IMG/VR virus record: IMGVR_UViG_3300042364_000900
DNA from: an uncultured virus (IMG/VR IMGVR_UViG_3300042364_000900)
Taxonomy: Duplodnaviria; Heunggongvirae; Uroviricota; Caudoviricetes
Strand: one strand, 5' to 3'
DNA length: 64,000 bases
The position numbers were made by a program, and so were the translations under genes. How positions within the stretch are numbered: the first letter of the stretch is position 1; each line of letters begins with the position of its first letter. The notes beneath the pieces are model-generated. The model was not told where the DNA came from. It worked only from the letters and a program-made list of their open reading frames with translations, and made no database searches. Positions 9,459 through 18,720 of this stretch are shown piece by piece.

Positions 9459-9922
9459 GATTCCTCGCGCGGGAGTGACAGGATGCAAGCAATGATGTCG
9501 GAACTGTCGATCCACGCCTGAACATTCGTCCAGTGGCGGGCATCAGCAGAACGACAAATCTGAATGGGTTGACCCATCTCCATCGTGATGCCGGGACATA
9601 AAGCATTCAGTTCTGGAGATTCTCGAAACATCACAACCCCAGGCCCTTGTGGTGCCCTTAGCGCCTGGTAGCCCTGCAGAATCGTTTCTTGAACGAATGG
9701 TTCTATTTGTTCTCCGTAAGGGTCATTCCGCAGGAATTTGATCGTGACGATCGCTACCTCAGGAGAAACATCAATCTGGATGGTGTGACGAGTGCCACTC
9801 CCCTGGCAAAACTCATCCAGGTAATCCTGGAGTTCTAGACCATAGTCCCGAATAAATCGCTTGCCACGACGTGATACATCCAGGCTGCGGTTGATTGCAT
9901 CATTCGCCTGTGCCTGTGTCAC
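9452..9922 (-). CDS. hypothetical protein
   Basis: GTGA start/stop overlap with the upstream gene. Confidence 0.7.
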   Translation of the reverse strand: MTQAQANDAINRSLDVSRRGKRFIRDYGLELQDYLDEFCQGSGTRHTIQIDVSPEVAIVTIKFLRNDPYGEQIEPFVQETILQGYQALRAPQGPGVVMFRESPELNALCPGITMEMGQPIQICRSADARHWTNVQAWIDSSDIIACILSLPREESC

Positions 9923-11088
9923 GACAGAGCCTCCAGTCGATCGTTCACCACCCAGGAACCGTTTTGCACGGGAGACATGACAATCCGGATCTCCGGTTCC
10001 AGAACTTTACGCTCACACTTCAGGGCAATCTGGATGCCGTGTAGGTGCGCGATGGTCTCGCGGATCTTTCGGTCAATCTGGTCACGCTGTTGCTCCAGAT
10101 CTTCAAGTTGACCAATAATCGCCTGTTCCCGCCGCCGCAGAGCCGCTACAACAATGTCGCGATCGTTCATCACGGTAGTCTCCTGCATTGGTTTAACGAC
10201 TGGTTGCTGGAGTTCTTCAACTTGTCGGCGTAACCGCTCAACCTCAGCCACCAGGTCAGGGGTCGGAGCTGGCGGGACAGGGAATGAAATCGGATCAGCC
10301 AGTGGCTGATCCGAGGCGATCGCCTCGGATGCCGAAACATTTTTCGGCAGGGCATCTGATGGCTCTTTAACCGTTTCAATCCCTTTAGATTTGAGGCTAG
10401 CCTCCTCAATCTCCCGCCGGATATGAGGCCGTGACTCAAACCACTTAGTATTGATGCCAATTTTCTTGATGACATCCGTGAAAGAGAACTGACGGCCTTT
10501 CAGTTCCCATTCGACCAACAGGTCAGTGATCTCAGCCTTGATTTCGTCTTCTTTGCGGTGTGGCATATCGGTATTTCGGTAGAGTTGAGTCGTGGACAGG
10601 TCTTCAATGGGTGAACGAACCTTTTGCTCTGGTGTCCATGTGGCCACCGTGGGATCCTTCTGGGTCGTGCAATGAGCATGGACAGCCCTGACGACATCGC
10701 TGGGTTGCAGCGCCGACTCGGGCAACGGCAATGGCCTGGACCAATGAACGTGACTTGCCAAATAGACACGGATTGGAGTCGCTGCGGTTGTACGGTCCTG
10801 GGCTTCGCGATATTCATCTGTATCTGGGTTCATTTCCATAAACTGGTTTCGAACCTTTGAAGACGCCTCAAAACGATCACAACAGACCACCAGGTCAGGG
10901 CAGTTCAGAATCAACTTCAGGGCGATCTCTTTCCAGCCAGACCTGAAAGTATAGGAAGTCTTGCCACCTCGACGCTCCCGTGGCTTGAGGCCATTCAGTG
11001 CAGATGCAATGTCCCGCAGGTACATCCCTGGTTGTCGCTGCACCATTAACTTAATGGCATTGATGTCGATATTGAATTTACTCGGCAT
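9919..11088 (-). CDS. hypothetical DNA-binding protein (HTH-like segment plus C-terminal coiled coil)
   Basis: FSFTDVIKKIGINTKWF HTH-like segment; coiled coil near the C-terminus. Confidence 0.65.
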   Translation of the reverse strand: MPSKFNIDINAIKLMVQRQPGMYLRDIASALNGLKPRERRGGKTSYTFRSGWKEIALKLILNCPDLVVCCDRFEASSKVRNQFMEMNPDTDEYREAQDRTTAATPIRVYLASHVHWSRPLPLPESALQPSDVVRAVHAHCTTQKDPTVATWTPEQKVRSPIEDLSTTQLYRNTDMPHRKEDEIKAEITDLLVEWELKGRQFSFTDVIKKIGINTKWFESRPHIRREIEEASLKSKGIETVKEPSDALPKNVSASEAIASDQPLADPISFPVPPAPTPDLVAEVERLRRQVEELQQPVVKPMQETTVMNDRDIVVAALRRREQAIIGQLEDLEQQRDQIDRKIRETIAHLHGIQIALKCERKVLEPEIRIVMSPVQNGSWVVNDRLEALS

Positions 11089-12142
11089 AGGTCGCCCCCC
11101 TGAACGCGAGCATTTCGGTCACGACTTGACGAGCATCGCCACTGGCCGCAATACTGCGCGTTACCCCAACCTCCCGGATACTAAATCCCCGTTCCTGGTA
11201 CAACTTAACGATCCGGGGTGTCGCCAAATTGCTGGCAAACACAGCACCAGGATGTAGTGCCAGAAAGTCAGCGAGCCGCACCTGATCCGTCCAGGTAAAT
11301 GACTCAAAATACCCGGTGAATCCGTTGCCAGTAGACTGAAACTCATCACCAAAAAGTGAGAGCTGATCATCATCCTCCACAACCGAGTCATAGGGAGGGT
11401 CGGCGTAAACAATATCGGTCGGTTCCAACGGTACCGTCGCAAAATCCTGGCTTGAAAGCTCCCAGTCCGCAGCAATTTGGTGCCACTGAGCAAACGACTC
11501 AAGATATTTGATCTTGTCGTATCGGCCAAACGGAACGTTAAATCCCGTTTTCCGGGAAAACCGAATCAGGCCGTTGAAGCCCGTCCGGTTCATGTAGTAC
11601 AACAGCATCGCGGCCTCCAGGGTGTTGTGCTGCCCACCCTGGAGCAATTCGTTAAATCGATGTCGGCGCTGGTAATAGATCGCCTCATCGTGAATAAACA
11701 GATTCATAAACGCCCCGGTAGAACAATCCGGTTCCCATCCCCGCTGCACCCACTGGTGCAGATTCATAACGTGGGGGTTGCGATCGTTGATCAGGACCCG
11801 ACGGGGTTGTGCTCCATACGGAACCTCGGCACTGCCGGTGAACAAATCCACTAGGCGCGAGTTAGGTCGTTCTGCACAGAAAGCAGCGATCTCCGGCACA
11901 AACCAGGTCTTACGGCCTGCGTACTTCAGATAACTGGAGAGGTTTGTGGTGCGATCTCGCTTGCTTCCGCCCATGCTCTCAATCCTTGGTGTTCCACCAG
12001 GTACACATACCTCGTGCTTTTTTGCTCGACCTGAAGCACTTTGCAGATGCACCCCTGCGGGATAACTTGATAGTCTTGTTGGTTCCGCACCATCTGGCGC
12101 GTAGCAACGATAGTGCCCGGTTGGGCGATCGGTAATGTGCAT
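11078..12142 (-). CDS. dam: Dam-family DNA adenine-N6 methyltransferase
   Basis: LKYAGRK, DLFTGS, YMNRTGFNGL.R, FNVPFG, YADPPY. The true start may be internal (about 11974). Confidence 0.93.
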   Translation of the reverse strand: MHITDRPTGHYRCYAPDGAEPTRLSSYPAGVHLQSASGRAKKHEVCVPGGTPRIESMGGSKRDRTTNLSSYLKYAGRKTWFVPEIAAFCAERPNSRLVDLFTGSAEVPYGAQPRRVLINDRNPHVMNLHQWVQRGWEPDCSTGAFMNLFIHDEAIYYQRRHRFNELLQGGQHNTLEAAMLLYYMNRTGFNGLIRFSRKTGFNVPFGRYDKIKYLESFAQWHQIAADWELSSQDFATVPLEPTDIVYADPPYDSVVEDDDQLSLFGDEFQSTGNGFTGYFESFTWTDQVRLADFLALHPGAVFASNLATPRIVKLYQERGFSIREVGVTRSIAASGDARQVVTEMLAFRGATYAE

Positions 12143-12181
12143 GACTTCATGAGAATCCCTTGAAAATCGGCATAGATCGAC

Positions 12182-12739
12182 CTACGAAACTTTCTGTCCC
12201 TGGCGTTCCACCTCCTGTTGGGCGATCGCTGACAAATCCAGGCCAACAGCACCACAGATCAACGCCAGCACCTGCAGGAACCGCACCATTGAGTTGAAAA
12301 GCTGCACCCGCGCTTCATTGCGGGATTCATCCGAAATCCCCAGAATCGTAAATTCGTAGACTCGGTACGTGATCTCCCCAGCGCCGGTGCAGAGCCACAA
12401 CAAGTACGTAGTCCGAGTCTGTGGGGGAGCGAAATTGATAACTTGTTGCTGATAGAACAGAAACTCCAGCGCAATGTCCCGGTATCGCACCGCTGATGGC
12501 AGCCCTTCTCGCGCAACGTCGTGCAGACTGATATCGGATTGACCCCCCAGAAGCACTAGATTCGCCAGGATTTGCCCTACGTAAAATCTGCAACGCTCTT
12601 GGAAAACATCTACAGGAGCTGAAAAATCAGTCCCGACCAACTCTCCAACGCAATGCGTCAGGGCAAGGCCAATTTGGGCGATCGCCTTAGGTACTCTTGC
12701 CTTTGTGATCGCCCGCGCGAAACTATTGACTGTCTGCAT
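12182..12739 (-). CDS. tandem MazG-like (all-alpha NTP-PPase fold) protein, degenerate
   Basis: Two units of L...GE....L..L......L..(V/I)A; the usual acidic metal ligands are mostly absent. Confidence 0.4.
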   Translation of the reverse strand: MQTVNSFARAITKARVPKAIAQIGLALTHCVGELVGTDFSAPVDVFQERCRFYVGQILANLVLLGGQSDISLHDVAREGLPSAVRYRDIALEFLFYQQQVINFAPPQTRTTYLLWLCTGAGEITYRVYEFTILGISDESRNEARVQLFNSMVRFLQVLALICGAVGLDLSAIAQQEVERQGQKVS

Positions 12740-12923
12740 AGCGAACCTCCTGCAACTTCTGTTTCACCATCCGCTCGACCTCAATGGCAATCTCCTGCAC
12801 ATCAGCATTCTTCAATGCCGGAATCCGCAGCACGAGAAACTGTTGCAGTTCAACCGTCCAATCAGCTTGTTGAAAAGGTGCAAGCCGCCCCTCCCGATTC
12901 AAATAGTCATAATCCCCAACCAT
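12723..12923 (-). CDS. hypothetical protein
   Basis: 66 aa, upstream GGGGG RBS, overlaps the next start. Confidence 0.6.
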   Translation of the reverse strand: MVGDYDYLNREGRLAPFQQADWTVELQQFLVLRIPALKNADVQEIAIEVERMVKQKLQEVRYADSQ

Positions 12924-12958
12924 CCGAACCCCCTTTTTTGAAATCTCCAGAACCAGAA

Positions 12959-13912
12959 TTAGATCGCTCCTGCAGGAGGTTCAGCGATCAAGTCTTGAGC
13001 GGCAATCCCGTATAGCCAGCCTGGGTAATATTGGTTCAGCCAGCACAGTACCCTGTCGGCAAGGGTAGGGGCCTGAAACTGGTTAATCACCCGTGGAAGC
13101 TCCACTCCCTCCTTTTCGAGGTAGGCCCCAATAGCCGCTATGACTAATCGGTTCGTGATATTGGTCTGCGAGCGTATCGCCCGAATAAGTTCACTCGGAA
13201 CCTCAACGAAGCCCTCAGGTACATCACCCAGGCGATATCGGATTGCCATTTCTACCCCCCTGCAAGCCTTTTCATCAACAGGCTCCAGGAATCGCTCATT
13301 GGAAATTTGGATTGCTCCATCAAACCAATGAACTACTGGGTAACGGGTCTGAACTGGGGGGCGCTCATCAAGGCGTACAACCCATCCAACCCGGTGGTTT
13401 CTCCGCTCGTACACCACCAACGGAAGTTGGCAAGTTGTCAGGAATTGCCTGTAGCCAACCTGTGGAATACCGTTGCCCCAATATGCATCAGTTTCAAGCA
13501 ATACATGACGATCGACCAATCGAGTAATCGCCATCTTGACTCGTTGATACCCCACAGCCTGGTTGGTCTGTTCCCTCAGAATTCTGTAAATCTGTTTTGG
13601 TGGAAGGCTTGGGACGCCAGGTTTCAGCACACTCAAGACTAGGTCTTCGTAAACCTGGTTCACATCATCCTGCTCAAACACAGGGATCTGTTGGGTCGCT
13701 CCGTAGCGACCAGTGCCCTTTTTAGTGATGTTGCGGATTTGTCGAGACTGAAATTCGACAACACTCCCGCGCTGTTTCGGTACTCCAAATACTTCCTGCG
13801 GTCGCAGATGCTTCCCGTCAAAAACGGGAATGACATCCCCAGGACTAAGGGCTGAAACCTGCTTTGTGACAGGCTGAAGCCCGAGCTTCTGTAAAGATTT
13901 GAAGTCTTGCAT
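12959..13912 (-). CDS. hypothetical protein
   Basis: 317-aa ORF in operon. Confidence 0.7.
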   Translation of the reverse strand: MQDFKSLQKLGLQPVTKQVSALSPGDVIPVFDGKHLRPQEVFGVPKQRGSVVEFQSRQIRNITKKGTGRYGATQQIPVFEQDDVNQVYEDLVLSVLKPGVPSLPPKQIYRILREQTNQAVGYQRVKMAITRLVDRHVLLETDAYWGNGIPQVGYRQFLTTCQLPLVVYERRNHRVGWVVRLDERPPVQTRYPVVHWFDGAIQISNERFLEPVDEKACRGVEMAIRYRLGDVPEGFVEVPSELIRAIRSQTNITNRLVIAAIGAYLEKEGVELPRVINQFQAPTLADRVLCWLNQYYPGWLYGIAAQDLIAEPPAGAI

Positions 13913-13915
13913 GAG

Positions 13916-14680
13916 TTACTGTTGGTTGAGTTCCTTCACATAAGCGATCGCATCTTGTTGAGCTGCCTCAATCTCGGCAGCATCAGCATTGATCGGGACA
14001 CTAATTTTCTTGATAGCGGCCCCTCGTTTCAGCCCCGTCCCGTCTTTGCGTTGCTCCCACCGGAACACCACAAACGAAAACTGTCCATAAGGGAATGCAC
14101 CGCAAGGGTAGTTTTGTCGGGTATCGTGCAGGTCGTACTGACCCGCCTGCTTCCCAGTCGCGTCAGTCGTCCGGGAAGATTTGGTTCCGGCTGCGATCGC
14201 CACCTCTCGGTCGATTTGGTGGGTCAGGGCTTTGATTTGGCGGGTCAATTCTTGCACCCGTTGGTAGCGTCGGTACGCAGCTTCGTATTCTCCCAGTTGA
14301 TTGGGGGGGATCGCAGTGCGCCGTTTTTTGCCGCTCTGGTAAGTGACAGCAAAGGCATAACCTTTCGCACCACTCTCGGTCGTGCAGTTACCGCAGACTT
14401 TCCCAGTGGCTTTCTTTGTCGGGAAGATTTCGGGCTTGCATTGCAACTGCCAGCCTGATGCAGCAACTTCCTCGCGCTGGCGCTCCAGGTCAGCGAGTTC
14501 CTGTTTGAGGCTCTCGACCTTAGACAGCAAAAGTGGTTGCGACTCTGATTTAACCAGTCGCAACCGCGATGACGAATACTGCTGGGGTGATCGCCCCTGG
14601 CTAGACTTTGGTTCCGATGTATCGACAGAAACCAAAGCAGAATTGTTTGCAAAGCACAATTTGTGCGCTACAATGCTCAT
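13916..14680 (-). CDS. hypothetical protein, first gene after an intergenic control region
   Basis: 254-aa ORF, AGGTG RBS, coiled-coil segments. Confidence 0.7.
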   Translation of the reverse strand: MSIVAHKLCFANNSALVSVDTSEPKSSQGRSPQQYSSSRLRLVKSESQPLLLSKVESLKQELADLERQREEVAASGWQLQCKPEIFPTKKATGKVCGNCTTESGAKGYAFAVTYQSGKKRRTAIPPNQLGEYEAAYRRYQRVQELTRQIKALTHQIDREVAIAAGTKSSRTTDATGKQAGQYDLHDTRQNYPCGAFPYGQFSFVVFRWEQRKDGTGLKRGAAIKKISVPINADAAEIEAAQQDAIAYVKELNQQ

Positions 14681-14797
14681 AAGACACCTGTATTTTTTGC
14701 CAAGAGGAGCGTTGCTACCGCTCCTCTTTTGGTTTTTCCGTCCGTTTTTATATTAAAACACTAAACATCTACATTTTCCTCACCCCCAGAACCAAAG

Positions 14798-14849
14798 TTT
14801 AAGATCCCGACATAAAACCCAACTAAGCTTTTTATATCCTGATATAAAA
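14798..14849. promoter_or_regulatory. pair of palindromic operator-like sites (TTTTATATC-N2-GATATAAAA)
   Basis: Perfect copy at 14830-14849 and a 16/20 copy at 14798-14817. The same motif occurs at 17744, 37632 and 37721. Confidence 0.7.
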
Positions 14850-14918
14850 CACCGGGTTTCGCAAGGGTGCCGATGTACTGATTTTTCTATTTTGGAGGAT
14901 CGCGAAAGGGCGATCGCT

Positions 14919-15593
14919 TCAGGACTGCCCAAACTTTTGCTGGAGCAGGTTGCTGGCAGGAGTCATCGGCGAGATGTCGTCGCTCGGGGGTTCGATATGG
15001 CTTAGCATCCTGCCGACAGACTTGCAGTTGTCGCTCTCTTGAGTGCCCGCTTCAGTCGCCCTATGCATTTCGCGGCGGTTCTGCAACCGGATCTCTGGCG
15101 GCAGATCGTCAGCCGAAAAGATCTGGTCAGGCAACAAGAATCGGGAACTCAAGTGGTTTGGTTGGGGGGCGATCGTCTGTTGGGCTAGCTTCTCCCACCC
15201 GGTGATACCTTGTATCCATGTGTTGAATCCCATCTGGGCAAATTTGGTCAGGCTGAAGATTGCGCCCTTTTTCCCCTTGCTGGCGTAATGAGCAATTACT
15301 GCAACGCAAAGTTCTGACTTGTAAACCATCAGGTTTCCAGGATCAACCCCATCGACAGTTTTTTCATTTCTCCAGTCAACCAGGACAAAACTCTGTTGCA
15401 CGACTTCTTGAAGTCCTTCAATCCCGGTTTCGAATTGTTTTCTGATCAGCCTGCTGACAGTGGTCTGATCAACGCCGCAAAGTTTTGCCAATCCCGACAA
15501 GCTTAAGCCTGACTCACCAGTCGCTTTGTCGGTGAAGAACAAAACGCCATCTTGCTCAAAGGTCAGTAGTTCAATCGACATCGCTATCTCCAT
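14919..15593 (-). CDS. phage antirepressor-like / KilA-N-like DNA-binding protein
   Basis: TGESGLSLSGLAKLCGVDQTTVSRL HTH and FAQMGFNTWIQGITGW, a pattern typical of cyanobacterial prophage regulators. Confidence 0.55.
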   Translation of the reverse strand: MEIAMSIELLTFEQDGVLFFTDKATGESGLSLSGLAKLCGVDQTTVSRLIRKQFETGIEGLQEVVQQSFVLVDWRNEKTVDGVDPGNLMVYKSELCVAVIAHYASKGKKGAIFSLTKFAQMGFNTWIQGITGWEKLAQQTIAPQPNHLSSRFLLPDQIFSADDLPPEIRLQNRREMHRATEAGTQESDNCKSVGRMLSHIEPPSDDISPMTPASNLLQQKFGQS

Positions 15594-15697
15594 TTACGCA
15601 GAAGGTCGAGAATCAATCAGGGCAAAGCTTTGGATACGTTTTCGCCTTTAAAGACGCAGAAGGGGGGAGGGTTAGGGCACCCGTCCCTGTGGAAAAC

Positions 15698-17461
15698 TTA
15701 TGAAGTTGCTACTACAAGCCTGTCGTCACGGATCTCCACCTCCCCGGTTTGGTACCGCGACCAGCGTTCCACCGCATCAAAGTCCCCTTGGTCGTAGAGC
15801 TGTTGGTAATACCGCAGCTCGGTATAGAGTTCGGGGTCTTGTTGCTCAGCATTGAGTTGCGCCAAGCGCTCCAACGGATATTCTTTGGCGATCGCCCGCC
15901 AGTCTTCCCACGCCTCTGACCCCGATCGCCGCACCCCAATGCTATTTTGCGGCAGGCCCGTGATAGTGGGGTCAGAGGAACTGAACTGCTGAATCACCCC
16001 TGATTCCATCGCGGGCTTAAACCACTCCAGGAAGGTTTTGGTGGTATCGCCGGTGATTGACCCATCCACCCGAAGTCGCTTATGAGCGATCACCACCTGC
16101 CAGCGGCTCTCCAGATACCGCTCAAATCGTGAGATGGGTTCCCCTACCTTTGCCCGCTTTTTCTCCAGGTAGTAGGGCGTAGCCTCGACGATGCAGGCCA
16201 ATTTCTCTTCATCCCGCACCTGGGCATTCCAGACAGCCTGAGCTTCCTGCTCGTCGCCAAACGGTACATCCAGTTCCGCACACACCTGAAAGTACTGGTC
16301 TCGAATCTCCCGATACTGTTGCGGGTGCAAGAGGGATGGTTTGTCGATCAAATCCAGTCCTGATTCGCGTCTTGCTGCCCGTTCTTCCAGCCATTTATGC
16401 AGCTTCGGGGCATATCTGTCGGGCTGCTTACTCCAGACGGTCTGGAGAGCCTCCTGGTGGTCTCTGAAGATTTCCTCAGCCGAGACCCCCGCCTCACGTT
16501 GCCGCCTGTATTCCTCAGCGGCCTCCTTCGGATATGTGTGCTTGGGGTGAGCCTTGTACAGAGCCTGGAAGTCCGCCTTCATGTCTTTGTCGCCCTTGAA
16601 GCAACTCAGGTACTTCGGCTCATTCGCTGCGGGCTTCTTCTTTTTCTTTCCCTGAGATTTTTCCGGCGAAACCTGATCCTCTCCCGATCCTTTTGGCTCA
16701 ACATGGGCAACTTCTGGGCCAGGGTTTGTGTGGGTAGAACCTTCTGCTACCTGGTTCGGTTCCGAACTTCCGATCGCTCCTGCATCCCCAGAAGAACTCA
16801 CGCGCTGACGAATGGCATCCGCGTCAGCGGTGCCATTCGTTGAAAAGAAAGTCTCAGACTCTAAGAAAGTATTATTTAGATCTTGGTTTAAATAAATATC
16901 TCTATATAAGGACGATCCGATCAACTTGATCGGATCACTTTTTTTGCTTTCATCGGATTCAATTTTGATTCGATCATTTTGATCGGATCTATTTGAGATG
17001 AACTCATTTTGATCGGATCTTTTTGATCGGATCACTTTGGCTACTTCTTCGGTTCGGGCTTTACGACTGAGGTTTGGGGTGTCGTTGGCTGAATCAATGT
17101 CCTCAATCAGCTTCAATGCCTCGTAGTCGATCGAGTGCCATTTCCTCCGATTCTGCTTGCCAGCGCTGAAGCGGGCAAGCAGCAGCAGCTGCATTTCCTC
17201 CAGGGTTTCAAAGACCCTGGAGATGGTCGGGAGGCTCCAGAATGGGAATTGCTTTTGCCATTCCTGTTCCGTGAGGCTGACCCACCAGCGGGAATCCCGG
17301 AAATAGCGGCTTTGCATCTCTGGGTCGCAGATTGCGGCTTCCTGTTGGTTGGCCAAGCGGTAGTGGACTTGTTGGAGGGCGATCGCCTCGTCAAGGCCGA
17401 TCCGTATCGCCAGTTCCGGCAGGACTAACAGCGGCTTTGTCGGGATCAAAAGCCAGGACAT
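15698..17461 (-). CDS. phage replication initiator (replisome organizer, N-terminal winged helix)
   Basis: PELAIRIGLDEAIALQQVHY...W...EWQKQFPFWSLPTISRVFETLE, followed by a low-complexity linker that coincides with DNA iterons. Confidence 0.8.
   Translation of the reverse strand: MSWLLIPTKPLLVLPELAIRIGLDEAIALQQVHYRLANQQEAAICDPEMQSRYFRDSRWWVSLTEQEWQKQFPFWSLPTISRVFETLEEMQLLLLARFSAGKQNRRKWHSIDYEALKLIEDIDSANDTPNLSRKARTEEVAKVIRSKRSDQNEFISNRSDQNDRIKIESDESKKSDPIKLIGSSLYRDIYLNQDLNNTFLESETFFSTNGTADADAIRQRVSSSGDAGAIGSSEPNQVAEGSTHTNPGPEVAHVEPKGSGEDQVSPEKSQGKKKKKPAANEPKYLSCFKGDKDMKADFQALYKAHPKHTYPKEAAEEYRRQREAGVSAEEIFRDHQEALQTVWSKQPDRYAPKLHKWLEERAARRESGLDLIDKPSLLHPQQYREIRDQYFQVCAELDVPFGDEQEAQAVWNAQVRDEEKLACIVEATPYYLEKKRAKVGEPISRFERYLESRWQVVIAHKRLRVDGSITGDTTKTFLEWFKPAMESGVIQQFSSSDPTITGLPQNSIGVRRSGSEAWEDWRAIAKEYPLERLAQLNAEQQDPELYTELRYYQQLYDQGDFDAVERWSRYQTGEVEIRDDRLVVATS
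16861..17036. repeat. putative replication origin: iterons plus AT-rich tract inside the initiator gene
   Basis: TTGATCGGATC at 16926, 16979, 17009 and 17023, an inverted copy at 16914, AT-rich 16861-16910. Confidence 0.8.
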
Positions 17462-17553
17462 GGGAAGGTCCTCCGGATTAAGTTTTCAAAATATTGGGGA
17501 GAATACCGCCCACAATGGCGGTTTCGAGAACTATAGCGGTTTTCATTCGCATA

Positions 17554-17613
17554 AGGTACGGGGGGCAGGGGTGGAACCCCTGCGTGGGGGCACCGCCCCC
17601 ACCCCCCGTACCT
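17554..17613. repeat. GC-rich Y-shaped (three-stem) REP-like element
   Basis: Outer stem AGGTACGGGGGG/CCCCCCGTACCT enclosing hairpins GCAGGGG-TGGAA-CCCCTGC and GTGGGGGC-ACC-GCCCCCAC. Confidence 0.7.
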
Positions 17614-17743
17614 CACCAATACGAGAAGTGCAATATGTGGCATTATGGTTTCTAGGTAGTAACGCTAGAAGCGCTCAGGACTCCAATTCCTGGGTGCTTC
17701 GTCGTTTTGGGCGACTTTTGGAGCGATCGTCTCAAAAAGAGAT

Positions 17744-17763
17744 TGTAATATTAAAATATAAAA
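17744..17763. promoter_or_regulatory. degenerate copy of the palindromic operator between the divergent rep and 17917 genes
   Basis: TGTAATATTAAAATATAAAA, 17/20 to the reverse complement of the 37721 site. Confidence 0.45.
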
Positions 17764-17781
17764 TTTGCGAACAAAGTCGAA

Positions 17782-17830
17782 TTAACAAAATAGCGGAATT
17801 CCCCATCCCTCTACAGGGTGGGGTAGTTCA
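17782..17830 (+). mobile_element. minimal IS605-derived single-hairpin element (PATE-like)
   Basis: TTAAC..ATAGCGGAATTCCCCATCCCTCTACAGGGTGGGG is near-identical to 24702-24743 and similar to the IS end near 1700. Confidence 0.7.
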
Positions 17831-17916
17831 TCAATTGCGGAATTCCCTCCAGCTCCGGGGGAGTGTAACGTGCGGCTATTTTTAGATGCTAAGATGTCAA
17901 AAAAGGAGTTATCGGC

Positions 17917-18720
17917 ATGGTTGCACGCAAGGGCAAGGGGGGGAACTCCTCACGGATCGAAATCAGTATCTTTGCTCAAGCGTGGAAAGACACCGTAGAG
18001 CAGTTTGACATAGTAATTTCATCCCTAGTTGCAATAACCTGGGATCTGCGGTGGTTGGGCCAGGAGGAGGACGCGATTCGGCCGGAACGCCGCCTCAAAA
18101 TGACGCCTTCCCAAGTGACAAAAATTAAGGATGGCCTCTCCGATGCGCAGGGAAGGTCACTGGAAGCACTGGCGCTGGCCTTGTACAAATACTCGAAACA
18201 GCATGACAATAGTGCATCATTTGATTTTTACTGCGATCGCCTTTTGGCCTTGTTAAAGGAGCGAGCCGAGGATATCGGGCGAAATGAGGTTTCATCGGCC
18301 AGAATGGAGCGTTTTACAAACATTGCTTCTCCCCGGAAGGGACGTAAGCCATGTCGAAAGAAAGAGACAGAACTAGCTTTGGCAGAGGCCAAAGCTAGTT
18401 CTGTCCGCGAGTTGGTTGAGGACGAAATGAGGGAGCGTGGCCTTGACCCAGATCATGATCATGATCGAGACCGATTTTTGCAAAGCCTGAAGGCTTTGCG
18501 GATCACATTTACGAAACAGGATTTGGCGATCGCGCTATCTGGTAATCGCGTCGAAGATGTATTGTTGGGCCGAATGGCCAATTTTTTATTTAAGGATCGA
18601 TATGTTGGCATCCTGTGGACAATGGATGAACTGCAGGAGATTCAGGACAGCTACAACGCTTCTACTGCTTTTGTGATGCAGAGCCGACAGGGTTCTCCAA
18701 AAAGTCTATCCAGGCGATAA
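17917..18720 (+). CDS. hypothetical protein, candidate repressor divergent from rep
   Basis: GGAG RBS; MTPSQVTKIKDG.S....RSLEALA resembles an XRE-type HTH; position is that of an immunity gene. Confidence 0.55.
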   Translation: MVARKGKGGNSSRIEISIFAQAWKDTVEQFDIVISSLVAITWDLRWLGQEEDAIRPERRLKMTPSQVTKIKDGLSDAQGRSLEALALALYKYSKQHDNSASFDFYCDRLLALLKERAEDIGRNEVSSARMERFTNIASPRKGRKPCRKKETELALAEAKASSVRELVEDEMRERGLDPDHDHDRDRFLQSLKALRITFTKQDLAIALSGNRVEDVLLGRMANFLFKDRYVGILWTMDELQEIQDSYNASTAFVMQSRQGSPKSLSRR

